This document shows, one piece after another, positions 26,333 to 37,046 of a stretch of 64,000 nt of DNA (its first letter is position 1; each line of letters starts with the position of its first letter). The stretch is from positions 64,001 through 128,000 of the forward strand of contig JBGARZ010000013.1 in the NCBI GenBank assembly GCA_044229975.1, given 5' to 3'. The notes beneath the pieces are model-generated. The model did not search any database. It worked only from the letters and a program-made list of their open reading frames with translations, and had not been told where the DNA came from. Made by a program: the position numbers and the translations under genes. The DNA comes from Polyangiales bacterium (GTDB lineage: Bacteria > Myxococcota_A > Polyangia > Polyangiales > Ga0077539).

Positions 26333-27523
26333 TCACTCCTGGCCGTCGATGGCCTCCGCAAACTCCACCAGGAAGAACGCGCACTCCAGCCAGCCGTCGT
26401 CGCCTTCCTTCAAGCTCACCGTGACCTGACCTTCGTCGAGCGTCCCCTCGGCGCTCTCGGCCTCGCCGAGAAACACGGCCGTGGCCGCGCCGTTCTTCCC
26501 CTTGAGGACGAAGGGCAGCTCCTTCTTGATGGCGTTGAAGAGGTCGTCGTCACCCGGCGCACACGAGAACAGGTCACCGATCTCGATCTTGCTGCGCGCG
26601 TCGGGCGCGTCGCCGAGCCCCTCGGCCACGAAGGCCGTGATCAGCTCCAGCGCCGCGAAGTAGTTGGTGTCCGACGACTCGATCCACTCCTGGTCGACCT
26701 TGAGCACCACACCCACCATGCCGCGCGTCGGCTCGATGAGCAGCTCCAGCTTCGCCGTGCGGGCGATGCGCGCGAAGCCGAAGTACCGCTTGGCGATGCG
26801 CCCGACGGGCTTGCCCGTGCGATCGAGCTCCAGCGAAAACCTCCGGCCAAACGGCGTGGCGTCGAGCTCTGGCGTCTTCCATCCGGCCACGCCCGTGCGG
26901 TCGCCCTTCACGAAGCCCACCGGCGCGCTGAAGAGCAATTGCCCCAGGTCGAACACCGCCTTCTGCGTCGCCACGCCGACGTGCAGCCGCCGACCGCCCT
27001 CCTCGTTGCGCACCACGACGGTGGCGCCCTTCTTCGCGAAGGTCGCCGACGCCTCCATGCGCCGCCCGAGAAACACCTCCGTCGCCCCGCCCGCCCCGTC
27101 GCGCGGCACCCACGACAGGGCTTCGAGCACCGCCGCGAAGGTGCGCGTCTGGTCATAGGACACCGCCAGGATGTTGCCGAGGGACTTGCGGTCGTCGGCC
27201 GTCGTCTCGCCCGCCGCGTCGGCGAGGAAGCGCGCGTACGCCGCCATCGCGCCGGCCGCGAGCGTGCGGTCTTGCAGGGCGCGACGGTCGATCCAGAGGC
27301 TCACCACCTCGCTGTGATCGTCCTCGTCGAAGAGGGCTTCGAGCTCCGCGGCGTCGCCCAGGATCTGCGAGCGCCACGCGACCCGCTTCATGCCGCGCAG
27401 CCGAGGGTCGGCCGCGTCGTCACCGCCCGTCACGCGAACGAGGGGGTAGGTCTTGGCGAAGGGCGAGGCTTCGATCTCCGAGGCGGTGCGATCGAGCAGG
27501 AGTCCGCGGGCGTTGGGTCGCAT
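26333..27523 (-). CDS. Hypothetical protein
   Basis: 396-aa ORF with protein-like composition; no motif recognised. Confidence 0.65.
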   Translation of the reverse strand: MRPNARGLLLDRTASEIEASPFAKTYPLVRVTGGDDAADPRLRGMKRVAWRSQILGDAAELEALFDEDDHSEVVSLWIDRRALQDRTLAAGAMAAYARFLADAAGETTADDRKSLGNILAVSYDQTRTFAAVLEALSWVPRDGAGGATEVFLGRRMEASATFAKKGATVVVRNEEGGRRLHVGVATQKAVFDLGQLLFSAPVGFVKGDRTGVAGWKTPELDATPFGRRFSLELDRTGKPVGRIAKRYFGFARIARTAKLELLIEPTRGMVGVVLKVDQEWIESSDTNYFAALELITAFVAEGLGDAPDARSKIEIGDLFSCAPGDDDLFNAIKKELPFVLKGKNGAATAVFLGEAESAEGTLDEGQVTVSLKEGDDGWLECAFFLVEFAEAIDGQE

Positions 27524-27635
27524 AGGGCGCGCGGAGGGTCATCCAGAGCGCGGCCCACCGTCAACGGGCTCGGCGGGTCCATTGGAGAGGGGACCGGCGA
27601 CCGCGAGGGCACCGACCTCCGCACGCAGCCCGCCG

Positions 27636-28943
27636 CTACCTCTGAACAATCGCCGCGAACGACCGCGTCCGCAGCGCGTCCATGGACACGCTCAGCGCCT
27701 GCATCACCTCGTCCTCGGTCGCGGCCCCGCAGTCCACCGCGCGCAGCACGTCGCCCAGCAACCCCTGCCCCGTCGCCGCGTCGTCGAACACCGCCCCCGC
27801 CCTCACCGCGTGCGCCGCTTGATCAATGAACGCCCTCAGCCGCCGCGCCGTCGCCGCAAACCCCGCCCGTGCGTGCGCGATCACCAGCGCGTGCCGCCAC
27901 ATCACCTGCCCCGGGTGCAGGTCCCACCCTTGGTGCACGCCCATCATCGCCGCGTGCCGCCAGTGCTTCGTCATCACCCCGAGCGCGCCCAGCACCGTCG
28001 CCCGGTTCTCCGCGCGCTGTGCATCCGTCAGCTCTGCCCCGCGGTGAACCTCCACGGGCATCACGTTGGTCGCCCCGTCCACCACGCGCACGCCGGTGCC
28101 CGCGAGCGACACCGTCATCAGCGAGCGCGCCAGGTCGCAGTACGGGTGCAGCAACGTCGCCTGCGACGCGCCCACTCCGAGCGACGCCGTGAGATCCCAC
28201 GCGCCCAGGTGCACCGCCGCGCACCGCCCCTCGGCCGCCTGCACCAGGCCGGGCAGCGCCACCGTTCCGTCGTCGCCGATGAGCGCGCGCGGGGTCTCCA
28301 CCATCAACTCGACCCCTACCGACCCGACGGGCCAGCCCAGCGCTCGCTCCAGTCGCGTGAGAACGTCCGCCAACGCCGCCACCTCCGACCGCCGCGACAC
28401 CTTCGGCAGCGTCACCACGAAGCCCGGCACCGGCCCGCCCGCCCTGGCCAGCGTGGTCAGAAACCCGTCCAGCGTCCGCACGGCGCGCCCCGCCGTCTCG
28501 CCCGCGAGGGGCTTCACGCGGATGCCCACCACGCGCGGGAGGGTGTGGTCGTCGCGGCTGCGGGCCATCGCGGTCGCGGCCTCGACGACGAAGCGGTCTT
28601 CCTCGGCGTCGGGGCGCGGGCCGAAGCCGTCCTCGAAGTCGACGCGGTAGTCCTCCACGGGCTCGCGGTGCAGCTTGTCGACGAGCCCCCGGTAGATGCG
28701 GTCGAGGGTGGTGTCGTCAGGCGGCTCGTCGAAGCCGAAGGGCAGCGCCCGCAGGTCGGCGAGCGAACCCACGAGCGTGTCGAGCAGCGCCGTCGCGTGC
28801 CGTCCCACCTTCGCGACGACGTCGTGGGTGTAACGGTGGGCGCCGCCGTAGACCGTGTGGACGGGGTGCCAGTGCGCCCGGTCGTCGATCGGGGATGGCA
28901 CTGCGAGCGCCGGAGCATCCGAGGGGTCGAGGGAGGTCTCCAC
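27636..28943 (-). CDS. HpcH/HpaI aldolase / citrate lyase-like protein (DUF6986-type)
   Basis: PVHTVYGGAH, PVEDYRVDFEDGFG, ELMVETP, DGATNVMP, QGWDLHP. Confidence 0.85.
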   Translation of the reverse strand: METSLDPSDAPALAVPSPIDDRAHWHPVHTVYGGAHRYTHDVVAKVGRHATALLDTLVGSLADLRALPFGFDEPPDDTTLDRIYRGLVDKLHREPVEDYRVDFEDGFGPRPDAEEDRFVVEAATAMARSRDDHTLPRVVGIRVKPLAGETAGRAVRTLDGFLTTLARAGGPVPGFVVTLPKVSRRSEVAALADVLTRLERALGWPVGSVGVELMVETPRALIGDDGTVALPGLVQAAEGRCAAVHLGAWDLTASLGVGASQATLLHPYCDLARSLMTVSLAGTGVRVVDGATNVMPVEVHRGAELTDAQRAENRATVLGALGVMTKHWRHAAMMGVHQGWDLHPGQVMWRHALVIAHARAGFAATARRLRAFIDQAAHAVRAGAVFDDAATGQGLLGDVLRAVDCGAATEDEVMQALSVSMDALRTRSFAAIVQR

Positions 28944-29069
28944 GGGTGCAATGGTACGGCACCGAACGACCGCGTACAGTCGGCGAAATCCACGGGGCGC
29001 AGCGACGGCGTAGGCGGACGGCGCGCACCCGAAGCACCGGTTGCCAGCGCGCACGAGGCTCCCATCACC

Positions 29070-30392
29070 ATGAACGACACCACCCTCCCCCCGGGCGACC
29101 GCGGCCTCCCACTGCTCGGCGAGACCCTGGCCTTCCTCAAGGACCAGTTTCACTTCGTCGACGAGCGGCGCGCGCGCTTCGGGAAGGTGTTTCGCAGCAG
29201 CATCCTCTTCAAGGACACGGCGCTGCTCGTGGGCGCGGAGGGAGCGCGCATCTTCAACGACGAAGCGAAGGTGCAGCGCGCCGGCGGCATGGCCCCGCAC
29301 ATCGCCGACTTCTTCGGCGGCACGAGCCTCCCCCTCCTCGATGGCCCCGCCCACCTGCGGCGCAAGCAGCAGGTGATGGGAGCGTTCAGCCGCGAGGCGC
29401 TCACGCAGTACATGCCCGTGATGGAGTCGACGGTGGAGCGCTACCTCGCGCGCTGGTCGTCCGCGGGCGACGCGCCCATCACCGAGGGGCTCAAGAACCT
29501 CGCGCTGGAGGTCATCGCGCGCACCATGGTGGGCTCCGACGCAGGGCCTTCCTTCGACGAGAACGTCGCCGACTTCAAGGTGATGGTGAAGGCGTTTACG
29601 GCCATCCCGATCCCGCTGCCCGGGACGGCCTTTGCGAAGGCGAAGTCCGCCCAGGCCCGCATCTTCGATCGCTACCGCGCGGTGCTCGCCGACCGCACCG
29701 CGAAGCCCACCGACGACGGGCTGTCGCGCATGCTGGCGAAGCCCGCCGAGGACGGCTCGCGCATCGACGGCGAAGACGCCCTCAAAGAACTCCACCACTT
29801 CAACCTCGCGGGCTACATCACCTTCGCGCACATGGCCCGCGGCCTCGTCGCCCTCGCGCAGGACGAGACCGTTCGTACGAAGCTCCGCGCCGAGATCGAC
29901 CGGCACCTCGGGGAGAAGCCCGTCACCGTCGAGGCGCTCCACCGCATGCCCTACCTGGAAAGCGTCGCCAAGGAGATGAAGCGCAGCGCGCCCTTCGTGG
30001 CCGTGAGCTTCGGCAAGGCGAAGAGCGACTTCACCATGGAGGGGAAGACCGTCCCCGCGGGGTGGATGGTGATGCTCTGCAACTACGCGAGCGGCAACGA
30101 GGCCGACCTCTTCGCCGACCCGTCGCGCTTCGACCCCGAGCGCTTCGCCGAGGGCCGCGCCGAAGACCTCAAGCACCCGACCGGCTTCTTCCCGCAGGGC
30201 GTGGGCGACCCCCTCAAGGGCCACAAGTGCGCGGGCGTCGACTTCTCCACGCTGCTGATGAAGACGTTCATGGTGCGACTGGCGCGGGACTACGAGGTGA
30301 CGCTCCCCCCGCAGGACCTGTCGTACCAATGGGAGAAGATCCCGCCGGAGTACGCGAGCGGCCTGCGGGCCGTGCTCAAGGCGCGGGCGTAG
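29070..30392 (+). CDS. Cytochrome P450 with extended heme loop
   Basis: LPPG..GLPLLGETL, EMKR, FDPERF, FPQGVGDPLKGHKCAG. Confidence 0.92.
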   Translation: MNDTTLPPGDRGLPLLGETLAFLKDQFHFVDERRARFGKVFRSSILFKDTALLVGAEGARIFNDEAKVQRAGGMAPHIADFFGGTSLPLLDGPAHLRRKQQVMGAFSREALTQYMPVMESTVERYLARWSSAGDAPITEGLKNLALEVIARTMVGSDAGPSFDENVADFKVMVKAFTAIPIPLPGTAFAKAKSAQARIFDRYRAVLADRTAKPTDDGLSRMLAKPAEDGSRIDGEDALKELHHFNLAGYITFAHMARGLVALAQDETVRTKLRAEIDRHLGEKPVTVEALHRMPYLESVAKEMKRSAPFVAVSFGKAKSDFTMEGKTVPAGWMVMLCNYASGNEADLFADPSRFDPERFAEGRAEDLKHPTGFFPQGVGDPLKGHKCAGVDFSTLLMKTFMVRLARDYEVTLPPQDLSYQWEKIPPEYASGLRAVLKARA

Positions 30393-30437
30393 GAGCCACT
30401 GCCTCCACGAGCGCGTGGTGGAGGTGCGGCACGCCGG

Positions 30438-30986
30438 TCAGAAGTAGTAGCGGGCGTGCAGGGTGCCCGACGGGATGAAGTCGGGGTAGAAGCCGTTGCT
30501 CGTCACGAGGACGATGCGCGGGACGAACTCCACCGTGATGTCGATGGGCGCGTGGAGAAACTGCACCGCGAGGCCGATGGCGCCCTCGATGCCCAGGCTG
30601 AACCACGAGCTGCCGCCGAAGCCGAAGCCCGCGTTGATACCAGGGCCGACGAACCACTCCAGCGCCGCGACCGAGCCGCGCGTCAGCACGTTGGGATGGA
30701 AGAGGTAGTCCCCGCGGAGGAAGATGCCGCTGTCGGCGGGCTGGTCGCCCGTGAGGTCGCGCCGGCCGATGTAGCCGTTGCGGTACCAGAACGCGGCCAC
30801 GAACTGGAGCGACCTCCGCGGGTTCATGAAGTACTGCGCCGAGAGGCCGATGTCGGGGTAGCCGAGCGCGAGGCCGAGCCCGAAGTTGCGACCGCCGCCC
30901 ACCTGCGCGTGCGCCGTGGAGGGCGCTGCCAGCGTGAGCGCGAGCGCGGCGGTCGAAGCAACCAGTAGCCCGTTGGTTCTCTTCAT
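30438..30986 (-). CDS. Small outer-membrane beta-barrel protein
   Basis: Signal peptide (AHA), FGLGLALGYP, amphipathic strands, C-terminal RYYF. Confidence 0.8.
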   Translation of the reverse strand: MKRTNGLLVASTAALALTLAAPSTAHAQVGGGRNFGLGLALGYPDIGLSAQYFMNPRRSLQFVAAFWYRNGYIGRRDLTGDQPADSGIFLRGDYLFHPNVLTRGSVAALEWFVGPGINAGFGFGGSSWFSLGIEGAIGLAVQFLHAPIDITVEFVPRIVLVTSNGFYPDFIPSGTLHARYYF

Positions 30987-31110
30987 CACCCGGCGATCCT
31001 CTTCGGCAATGCACCGCGAGCGCAATAGGCATCCTCGTGAGAGTGTCGGCAGTGCCCCGCGCGGTGAGGTTCTGTTAGGGTCCGCGGGCGTTTTGCAGGA
31101 GGTGTCCATC

Positions 31111-31542
31111 GTGTTCAAGAAGCTGGTCGTCGGTGTGGATTTCACGGAGAAGAGTGACCGCGCGGTCAAGGTCGCGCTCGGGCTCGCGGGCAACGTCGGC
31201 GGCTCGGTGGTGCTGGTGTCGGTCGTCCCCTCACGGGCCGAGCTCATCCCCACGGGCCAGGCCGACGACGCCGTCACGGGCACCCTGGAGCACCGCCTGC
31301 GCGACCTCGCGGCGGACCTCTCCAAGGCCCACGGCCTCTCCATCGACTACGGCGTGGAGGTGGGCGAAGACCCCGCCGCCGAGCTCAATCGCTTCGTCGG
31401 CAAGTGGGGCGGCGACGTCCTCGTCGTCGGCACCTCCGCCCGCACCGGCCTCAACCGCGTGCTCGTGGGCTCCATCGCCGAGCGCCTCTTCCTGCACGCC
31501 ACCGTGCCGGTGCTCGTCATCGGCCCCAGCGCCGTCGTCTGA
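31111..31542 (+). CDS. Universal stress protein
   Basis: KKLVVGVDF, VVGT..RTGL..LVGSIAE, PVLVI; AGGAGG RBS. Confidence 0.92.
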   Translation: MFKKLVVGVDFTEKSDRAVKVALGLAGNVGGSVVLVSVVPSRAELIPTGQADDAVTGTLEHRLRDLAADLSKAHGLSIDYGVEVGEDPAAELNRFVGKWGGDVLVVGTSARTGLNRVLVGSIAERLFLHATVPVLVIGPSAVV

Positions 31543-31543
31543 C

Positions 31544-32800
31544 CTACCGCCCCGCGTCGCCCACCGCGACCGGGAGCGCCGCGCTCCACAACAATCTTTG
31601 TGATCCGCCGTTCTGGGTTTCGATCCAGGTCGCCTGCGCGATGCCTTCGGGGGAGAGCAATCCCCGCAGCGACGACACCAAACCCGTCGGCGTCGTGATG
31701 ACGTTGCGCGACGTCGCGGGGCGCTCCGGCGCCGACCACACCCGCATCACCAGACGCGCCTGCGGCTGATCGCCGTCCGACCCGAAGGCCATGGCGCCCG
31801 CCCCCGGCAGCGGCACCAGCCACGGCGACGCGTTGGCGAAGAACCACCCCATGTTGGGCGTCTCCCACGTATCCCTCGCCAGGTCGTATGTGTTGAACGC
31901 CGCCCGCCGCTGCCCCGACCCCGGCGCCGCCGGGTTGGTCGTCGTCAGCGACCAGCTCGCGAGAAACCGTCCGCCCCCGAGCGGCACCGCCATCACACCC
32001 TGGTTGTCCCCGGTGAGCACCCGAAACGGCGGACGAAACATCGCCACCGTCGCGCCCGCATCACCCACCGCCACGCCGTTGCCCTGCGCCGACGAGCTCG
32101 CGAGCACGTCCGTCGCCGTCGCCGTCACCGCCCCGCGCGACGGCCCCGCCCACGCCACCAGCAGCGGATCACCCGGCGACGGATCGACCGCCACCGACAC
32201 CTGATCGAGCCCGCAGGTGTCGGCCACCAGCCGCAGCGCGCTCCACCCTGCCGCGCCCCGCACCCGATGTCGCAGTTGCGCCCCGCCCATGCACGACCCG
32301 CCCGTCACCGCGTAGACCACGTGCAGCGCTCCGCCCGCGCCCAGCGCCATGCTCGCGACGCTCGGCTGCTCGGTGCCCTGCAACGTCACCGGCTCCGGCG
32401 CCGACCACGTGTCGCCGAGGAAGCGCCGCACATACAGCACCGTCCCGATGGCCCCGTCGGCGCGGGTGAGCACCGCGGGCGTCGGCTCGCTGGTCACCCA
32501 CGCCACCGTCTCCGAGGTCGTCCCCGCGGGGCGCACCCACTGGATGCCGCCGGTCCATGCGGTGCCGACGCGCTCGATGATGGTCACGCCCGGGCCGTCA
32601 CCCCGCGCGCTGGTGATCGCCAGGAAGTCTCGGCCCCCTGGCGCGTGGACGGGCCACACCGAGAGCAGCGCCCCGTCCGACCGCTGCTGCACCACCTGCG
32701 GCTGGCTGAAGCGCCACGCCGTCGGCGTCTCGTCGGGCTCACCGCAGGCCGAGTACGCGAGACACCACACCGCCACCAACGCCGACCGGAGAGCGCGCAC
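31544..32800 (-). CDS. Hypothetical lipoprotein, probable beta-propeller
   Basis: YSAC lipobox-like site; repeated W-S-x-P blade-like motifs; start approximate. Confidence 0.6.
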   Translation of the reverse strand: MRALRSALVAVWCLAYSACGEPDETPTAWRFSQPQVVQQRSDGALLSVWPVHAPGGRDFLAITSARGDGPGVTIIERVGTAWTGGIQWVRPAGTTSETVAWVTSEPTPAVLTRADGAIGTVLYVRRFLGDTWSAPEPVTLQGTEQPSVASMALGAGGALHVVYAVTGGSCMGGAQLRHRVRGAAGWSALRLVADTCGLDQVSVAVDPSPGDPLLVAWAGPSRGAVTATATDVLASSSAQGNGVAVGDAGATVAMFRPPFRVLTGDNQGVMAVPLGGGRFLASWSLTTTNPAAPGSGQRRAAFNTYDLARDTWETPNMGWFFANASPWLVPLPGAGAMAFGSDGDQPQARLVMRVWSAPERPATSRNVITTPTGLVSSLRGLLSPEGIAQATWIETQNGGSQRLLWSAALPVAVGDAGR

Positions 32801-32811
32801 TGCATCGTTCC

Positions 32812-34191
32812 TTACTGGGTGTTTCCCACCGCGAGCCCGACGTACTCCTGGGTCGCGCCACGCCGCACCAGAAACACCGCGCGACCATCCCGCGCCGCGG
32901 CCACCACGTCGTCGGTCCCGCGCACCGGGCGACGGTCGGCCTCCACCACGACGTCCCACGGACGCAGCCCCGCGCGGTCGGCCGCGCCGCCCCGCTGCAC
33001 CGCGCGAATCACGACGCCGATGCCCGGCTCCAGCCCGATGCGCGGCGCAAGCTGCGGGGGTAGCGCCTCGATGGTGATGCCGAAGCCCGTCGGCCCCGGC
33101 TCCGCGGGCGGCGGCGGCGGTGGAGCGCTCGGCGGCGGCGCCTCGCCAGGTCGCAGCCCGGTGGTGACCGAGACGTTCACGCGCTGACCGTCGCGCAGCA
33201 CCGTCATCGGGATGACCTCGGCGTGGGCGTGCGTGGCCAGCATCCGGGTGACGTCGTTGCGTCCGCGCACGGGTCGACCGTCCATGGCCACGACGACGTC
33301 CGACAGGCGAAGGCCCGCCGCCGCCGATGGGCTCCCGGCGAGGACGGCGCTCACCAGCGCGCCGCTACCGGGCGCACCGAAGGTGCCGAGGTCGGGGGTG
33401 AGGTCTTGCACGTAGAGGCCGATCCAGCCGCGGGTGACCCGACCTGTCGCGAGCACCTGCCGCATCACCTGCTGGACGATGCGCGCCGACACCGCGAACC
33501 CGATGCCCGACCCGCGGCCCACGACCATGGTGTTGATGCCGAGCACCTCGCCGCGGAGGTTGATGAGCGCGCCACCCGAGTTGCCCGGGTTGATGCTGGC
33601 GTCGGTCTGGAGGTAGTCCTCGACCTCGTTGACGCCGAGGCCGCCGCGACCGGTAGCCGACAACACACCGTGGGTCACGGTGGCTTCGAGGCCGAAGGGC
33701 GCGCCGATGGCCAGCACCCACTCGCCCACGCTGGCGGCGTCGCTGTCGCCGAGGCGCGCCGTGGGGAGCCCCGTGGCCTCGATCTTCACCACCGCGAGGT
33801 CGGCCGAGGGATCGCTGCCGAGCACCCGCCCCGCGAACGATCGCCCGTCCCGCAGTCGCACCTGGATGCGCGTCGCGCCTTCGACGACGTGGTGGTTGGT
33901 GACGATGACCCCGTCGGCCCGCATCACGACGCCGGAGCCGCTGCCGTGGCTGCGCTGGGCCTCCTCGGGCGGAGCGCCCCAGAAGCCGGGTGCGTTGTAG
34001 AGCTGCTGATCGCCCCGCGGATCGGATTCGACGTGGATGGTGACCACCGACGGGAGGGCGCGGGCGGCCACCTCGGTGAACACCCGCCCGAGCTGGAGCG
34101 CCGCCTCGGCTCCGGGCGGGGCCTGCGCGCCTGCGAGGCGCGGTGCAGCGAGGGAGAGGGACAGGGCCAGGAGCAGCGACGACCGACGCAT
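32812..34191 (-). CDS. HtrA/DegQ-type serine protease with two PDZ domains
   Basis: GSGSGV, TNHHV, DLAVVKI, QTDASINPGNSGG. Confidence 0.95.
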   Translation of the reverse strand: MRRSSLLLALSLSLAAPRLAGAQAPPGAEAALQLGRVFTEVAARALPSVVTIHVESDPRGDQQLYNAPGFWGAPPEEAQRSHGSGSGVVMRADGVIVTNHHVVEGATRIQVRLRDGRSFAGRVLGSDPSADLAVVKIEATGLPTARLGDSDAASVGEWVLAIGAPFGLEATVTHGVLSATGRGGLGVNEVEDYLQTDASINPGNSGGALINLRGEVLGINTMVVGRGSGIGFAVSARIVQQVMRQVLATGRVTRGWIGLYVQDLTPDLGTFGAPGSGALVSAVLAGSPSAAAGLRLSDVVVAMDGRPVRGRNDVTRMLATHAHAEVIPMTVLRDGQRVNVSVTTGLRPGEAPPPSAPPPPPPAEPGPTGFGITIEALPPQLAPRIGLEPGIGVVIRAVQRGGAADRAGLRPWDVVVEADRRPVRGTDDVVAAARDGRAVFLVRRGATQEYVGLAVGNTQ

Positions 34192-34228
34192 TGGACGGCG
34201 GAGCGTACGACGACGGCGGGGCGCGAGC

Positions 34229-36475
34229 CTACTCGGTCGGGGTGAAGCGCACCCGCGAGTTGCTGACGGTGACGCAGGAGGTGCTGGTCCCGCCGCAGCC
34301 ACCGAAGGCGGCGGTGCCAGCGTTGTTCTCCAGGCCGACGGTCGCAGTCTGCGGGGAGGTCATGGCGCCGTAGGCGAGGTCGACGATGCCGGTGCCTTCG
34401 TGGACGACGACCTCGAAGTTGAGCGTTCCTCCGCCGGAGTAGTTGCTGGCCCCAACCCACTGGGCGACCCAGCGACGGTTGGGGGCGGCGCCCGTCGTGG
34501 CGATGCAGACGCCCGACGTGCTCGTCCGCAGGTCACGCCACTGCGGCGCGATGAGTCCGTTGGGGCTCGACGAGTCGGGGATGTTCCCCGAGAGGGAAGT
34601 AAGCCCGAAGCTGGGGGCGATCTGCACGTTGCCGTTGGTGACGACGTACACCGAGAAGCCTGCCGCGAGCGGCGCTCCCCACCAGCGGGTCGCGAAGGGC
34701 ACCGTCACCGAGACCCCGTAGTCGTCGTAGTCCACCAGCTCGCGACGCGAGCCGGTGGCGCTGCACGCGTCGATGTACGGCACGTCCGTGATGCTCGGCG
34801 TCGTCGCCACGTAGCGCGTGCCTCCGCCGCACACGCCGTTGCTGCACCACTGCGCGCCGACGCAGGTGCGGCCGCACATCCCGCAGTTGGTGGCGCTGCT
34901 CGTGGTGTCGACGCAGACCCCGCCGCACGCGCTCTGACCCGCCGGGCACGCGAGCCCGCACACGCCCGCGGTGCAGCTCTCTCCCGCGGCGCAGGCGCGA
35001 CCACACATCCCGCAGTGGGTGCGGCTGGTCTGGAGATCGGTGCACGCGCCCGAGCACATGGTGTCGATGGGTCGGCACGGGAGCGTCGGGCCCGTGATGG
35101 CGACGTCGCAGTACCCGACGGTCTCGCCGTAGACGTTGCGAAACTGCGAGGCCGTCTCGTGGTGGAAGTACCAGCGCCGCCAGAGGGGAGACACGGTGAA
35201 CGAGCACATGTCCCCGAGGCCACCCGCGAAGGTCGCGATGGGGGTGGTGGTCCCCTGCGGGACGCGCATGCGGGCGATGACCGTCGCGCTCTGCACATAG
35301 TCGACGTAGAGCGCGTCGCCGTAGAACTCCGCCGTCCCCCAGATCGCCCAGTTTTCACACGCGGTGCGAGCAGCGGGCAGGGCCACGGCGCCGAGGTCGA
35401 TGACGGCGCCGCTGGGCAGGCTCACGTGCCACGCGCGACCGCCGCCCATGAGGATGACGCGCTCGTAGCCCGAGAAGATGCCGACGCTGCCGGTGGCCGG
35501 GAGGTCGATGGGCTGCGAGAGGTTGACGAAGGTTCCGGTGAGGCCGCCCGTCGTGCCGTTGAGCGCCATGAGGGTGGTGACCGCGCCGCCCGTCTGCGTG
35601 AGCGGGGTCGAGCCGATGGCCAGGGTGTAGAGCGTCCCGGTGGCGAGGTCGCTGACGAGGGCGTCGTAGATGCGCCCGACGGCCTCGGGGTGGCCGAGGT
35701 CGGCGATGTCGAAGCGACCAGTGCTGGTGTCGCCCGAGTAGAAGATCCTCTCGCTGGAGAGCGCGATGCCTCCGCGGTCGTCGCCGGTCGTCGCCTCGTG
35801 GTCGATCGCGGCGCAGTTGTTGGGCGTGAGCCCCACCTGAAACGACGGCCCCGGGATGACCCCGCCGACGCAGCGACCCGCCGCGCACGTCGCCCCCATG
35901 GCGCACGCGCGGTCGCACATCCCGCAGTGGGCCGTGCTCGTCTGGAGGTTGGCGCAGGCCCCGCCGCACACCACCGTCGGCGCGGCGCACACCAGCGTGC
36001 AGGCGCCCGCGACGCACGACTGCCCGGTGGCGCAGGTGCGGCCGCAGCCACCACAGTGGGCGGTGCTCGTCTGCGTGTTGACGCACGCCCCGCTGCAATC
36101 GACGGTCGTGCCGGTGCAGCGCGGACCCGTGTCGGGCGTCCCGACGTCCACCGCGGGCGTGCCCACGTCGACCTCGGTTGAGCCCGCGTCGGGCTCGGCG
36201 TACCCGACGTCCTCCACGGCGGTGCCCACGTCGTCGGCGCCCACGACGCCCACGTCCTCGGGCTCGACGGTGCCGAGGTCTTCCACGAGTGCGGCGCCGG
36301 TGTCCTTGTCCACGGTTCCCGTGTCGGGATCGCCTGCGTCCTCGCCGCCGCCCACCTCCAGGAGGTCCCCCGCATCGGCACCAGGCAGGCTGCCGTCGCT
36401 GCGTTGCTGCGCGCACGCCAGGGGGAGGAGCGCGAGACACAGGGCGAAACCACGGAATGGGGGCGGGCGGTTCAT
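34229..36475 (-). CDS. Large lipoprotein with acidic linker and Stig1/MXAN_6577-like Cys-rich repeats
   Basis: PLAC lipobox; four repeats of C..xQTS..HCG.C...C..G..C..G.C. Confidence 0.82.
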   Translation of the reverse strand: MNRPPPFRGFALCLALLPLACAQQRSDGSLPGADAGDLLEVGGGEDAGDPDTGTVDKDTGAALVEDLGTVEPEDVGVVGADDVGTAVEDVGYAEPDAGSTEVDVGTPAVDVGTPDTGPRCTGTTVDCSGACVNTQTSTAHCGGCGRTCATGQSCVAGACTLVCAAPTVVCGGACANLQTSTAHCGMCDRACAMGATCAAGRCVGGVIPGPSFQVGLTPNNCAAIDHEATTGDDRGGIALSSERIFYSGDTSTGRFDIADLGHPEAVGRIYDALVSDLATGTLYTLAIGSTPLTQTGGAVTTLMALNGTTGGLTGTFVNLSQPIDLPATGSVGIFSGYERVILMGGGRAWHVSLPSGAVIDLGAVALPAARTACENWAIWGTAEFYGDALYVDYVQSATVIARMRVPQGTTTPIATFAGGLGDMCSFTVSPLWRRWYFHHETASQFRNVYGETVGYCDVAITGPTLPCRPIDTMCSGACTDLQTSRTHCGMCGRACAAGESCTAGVCGLACPAGQSACGGVCVDTTSSATNCGMCGRTCVGAQWCSNGVCGGGTRYVATTPSITDVPYIDACSATGSRRELVDYDDYGVSVTVPFATRWWGAPLAAGFSVYVVTNGNVQIAPSFGLTSLSGNIPDSSSPNGLIAPQWRDLRTSTSGVCIATTGAAPNRRWVAQWVGASNYSGGGTLNFEVVVHEGTGIVDLAYGAMTSPQTATVGLENNAGTAAFGGCGGTSTSCVTVSNSRVRFTPTE

Positions 36476-36652
36476 GGCGTCGGTGACGCTATCGCGACAC
36501 CCGCCCGCTTAGAAGCAAAGGATTTGTACCTATGTGGCGTAGCGCACCCCTTCGGCCGGAACCTCCGCCTCCCCACCGCTGTCCACCGCCCCGATGACCA
36601 ACCGCGCGCCGACGGTCGGCCGCGCGAGCGTCACACGAGAGGAGTCGAGGCC

Positions 36653-37024
36653 ATGATGGAGCACTTTCGCGAGGGCGGCTGGGGGATGTTCCCGACGCTG
36701 GGGTTCGGGTTGTTGATGCTGGCGGTGGCCGTTCGCTACGCGACGCGCCCGGAGCGGCGGTACGTCCCGCTGCTGCTGGGGACGGGCGTGCTGACCCTCT
36801 CCTCGGGCGCGCTGGGCTTCGTCACGGGGCTCATCACGACGTTCCGGTACATCGGTCAGGTGAGGCCCGACCAGCGGTACCTCGCGATCATCGGCATCGG
36901 CGAGTCGCTGGAAAACGTGGCGTTCGCGCTGGTGTTCGCCGTGCTGGCGTCGCTCATCGTGTCGGTCGGCGCGTGGCGCATCGCGCACGACGGGCCGACG
37001 CCATCCCCCTTGCCAAAGCACTGA
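36653..37024 (+). CDS. Small three-TM protein (distantly MotA/TolQ/ExbB-like)
   Basis: MMEHFREGGWGMF, GIGESL; AGGAG RBS. Confidence 0.65.
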   Translation: MMEHFREGGWGMFPTLGFGLLMLAVAVRYATRPERRYVPLLLGTGVLTLSSGALGFVTGLITTFRYIGQVRPDQRYLAIIGIGESLENVAFALVFAVLASLIVSVGAWRIAHDGPTPSPLPKH

Positions 37025-37046
37025 GGGTTGGGCGAGTTTCCGCGGC

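Noticed and set aside
27453..30392. Apparent 979-aa P450 and 897-aa aldolase ORFs overlapping head to head
   Set aside because: The extensions are shadows of each other; the real starts are near 29070 (+) and 28943 (-)
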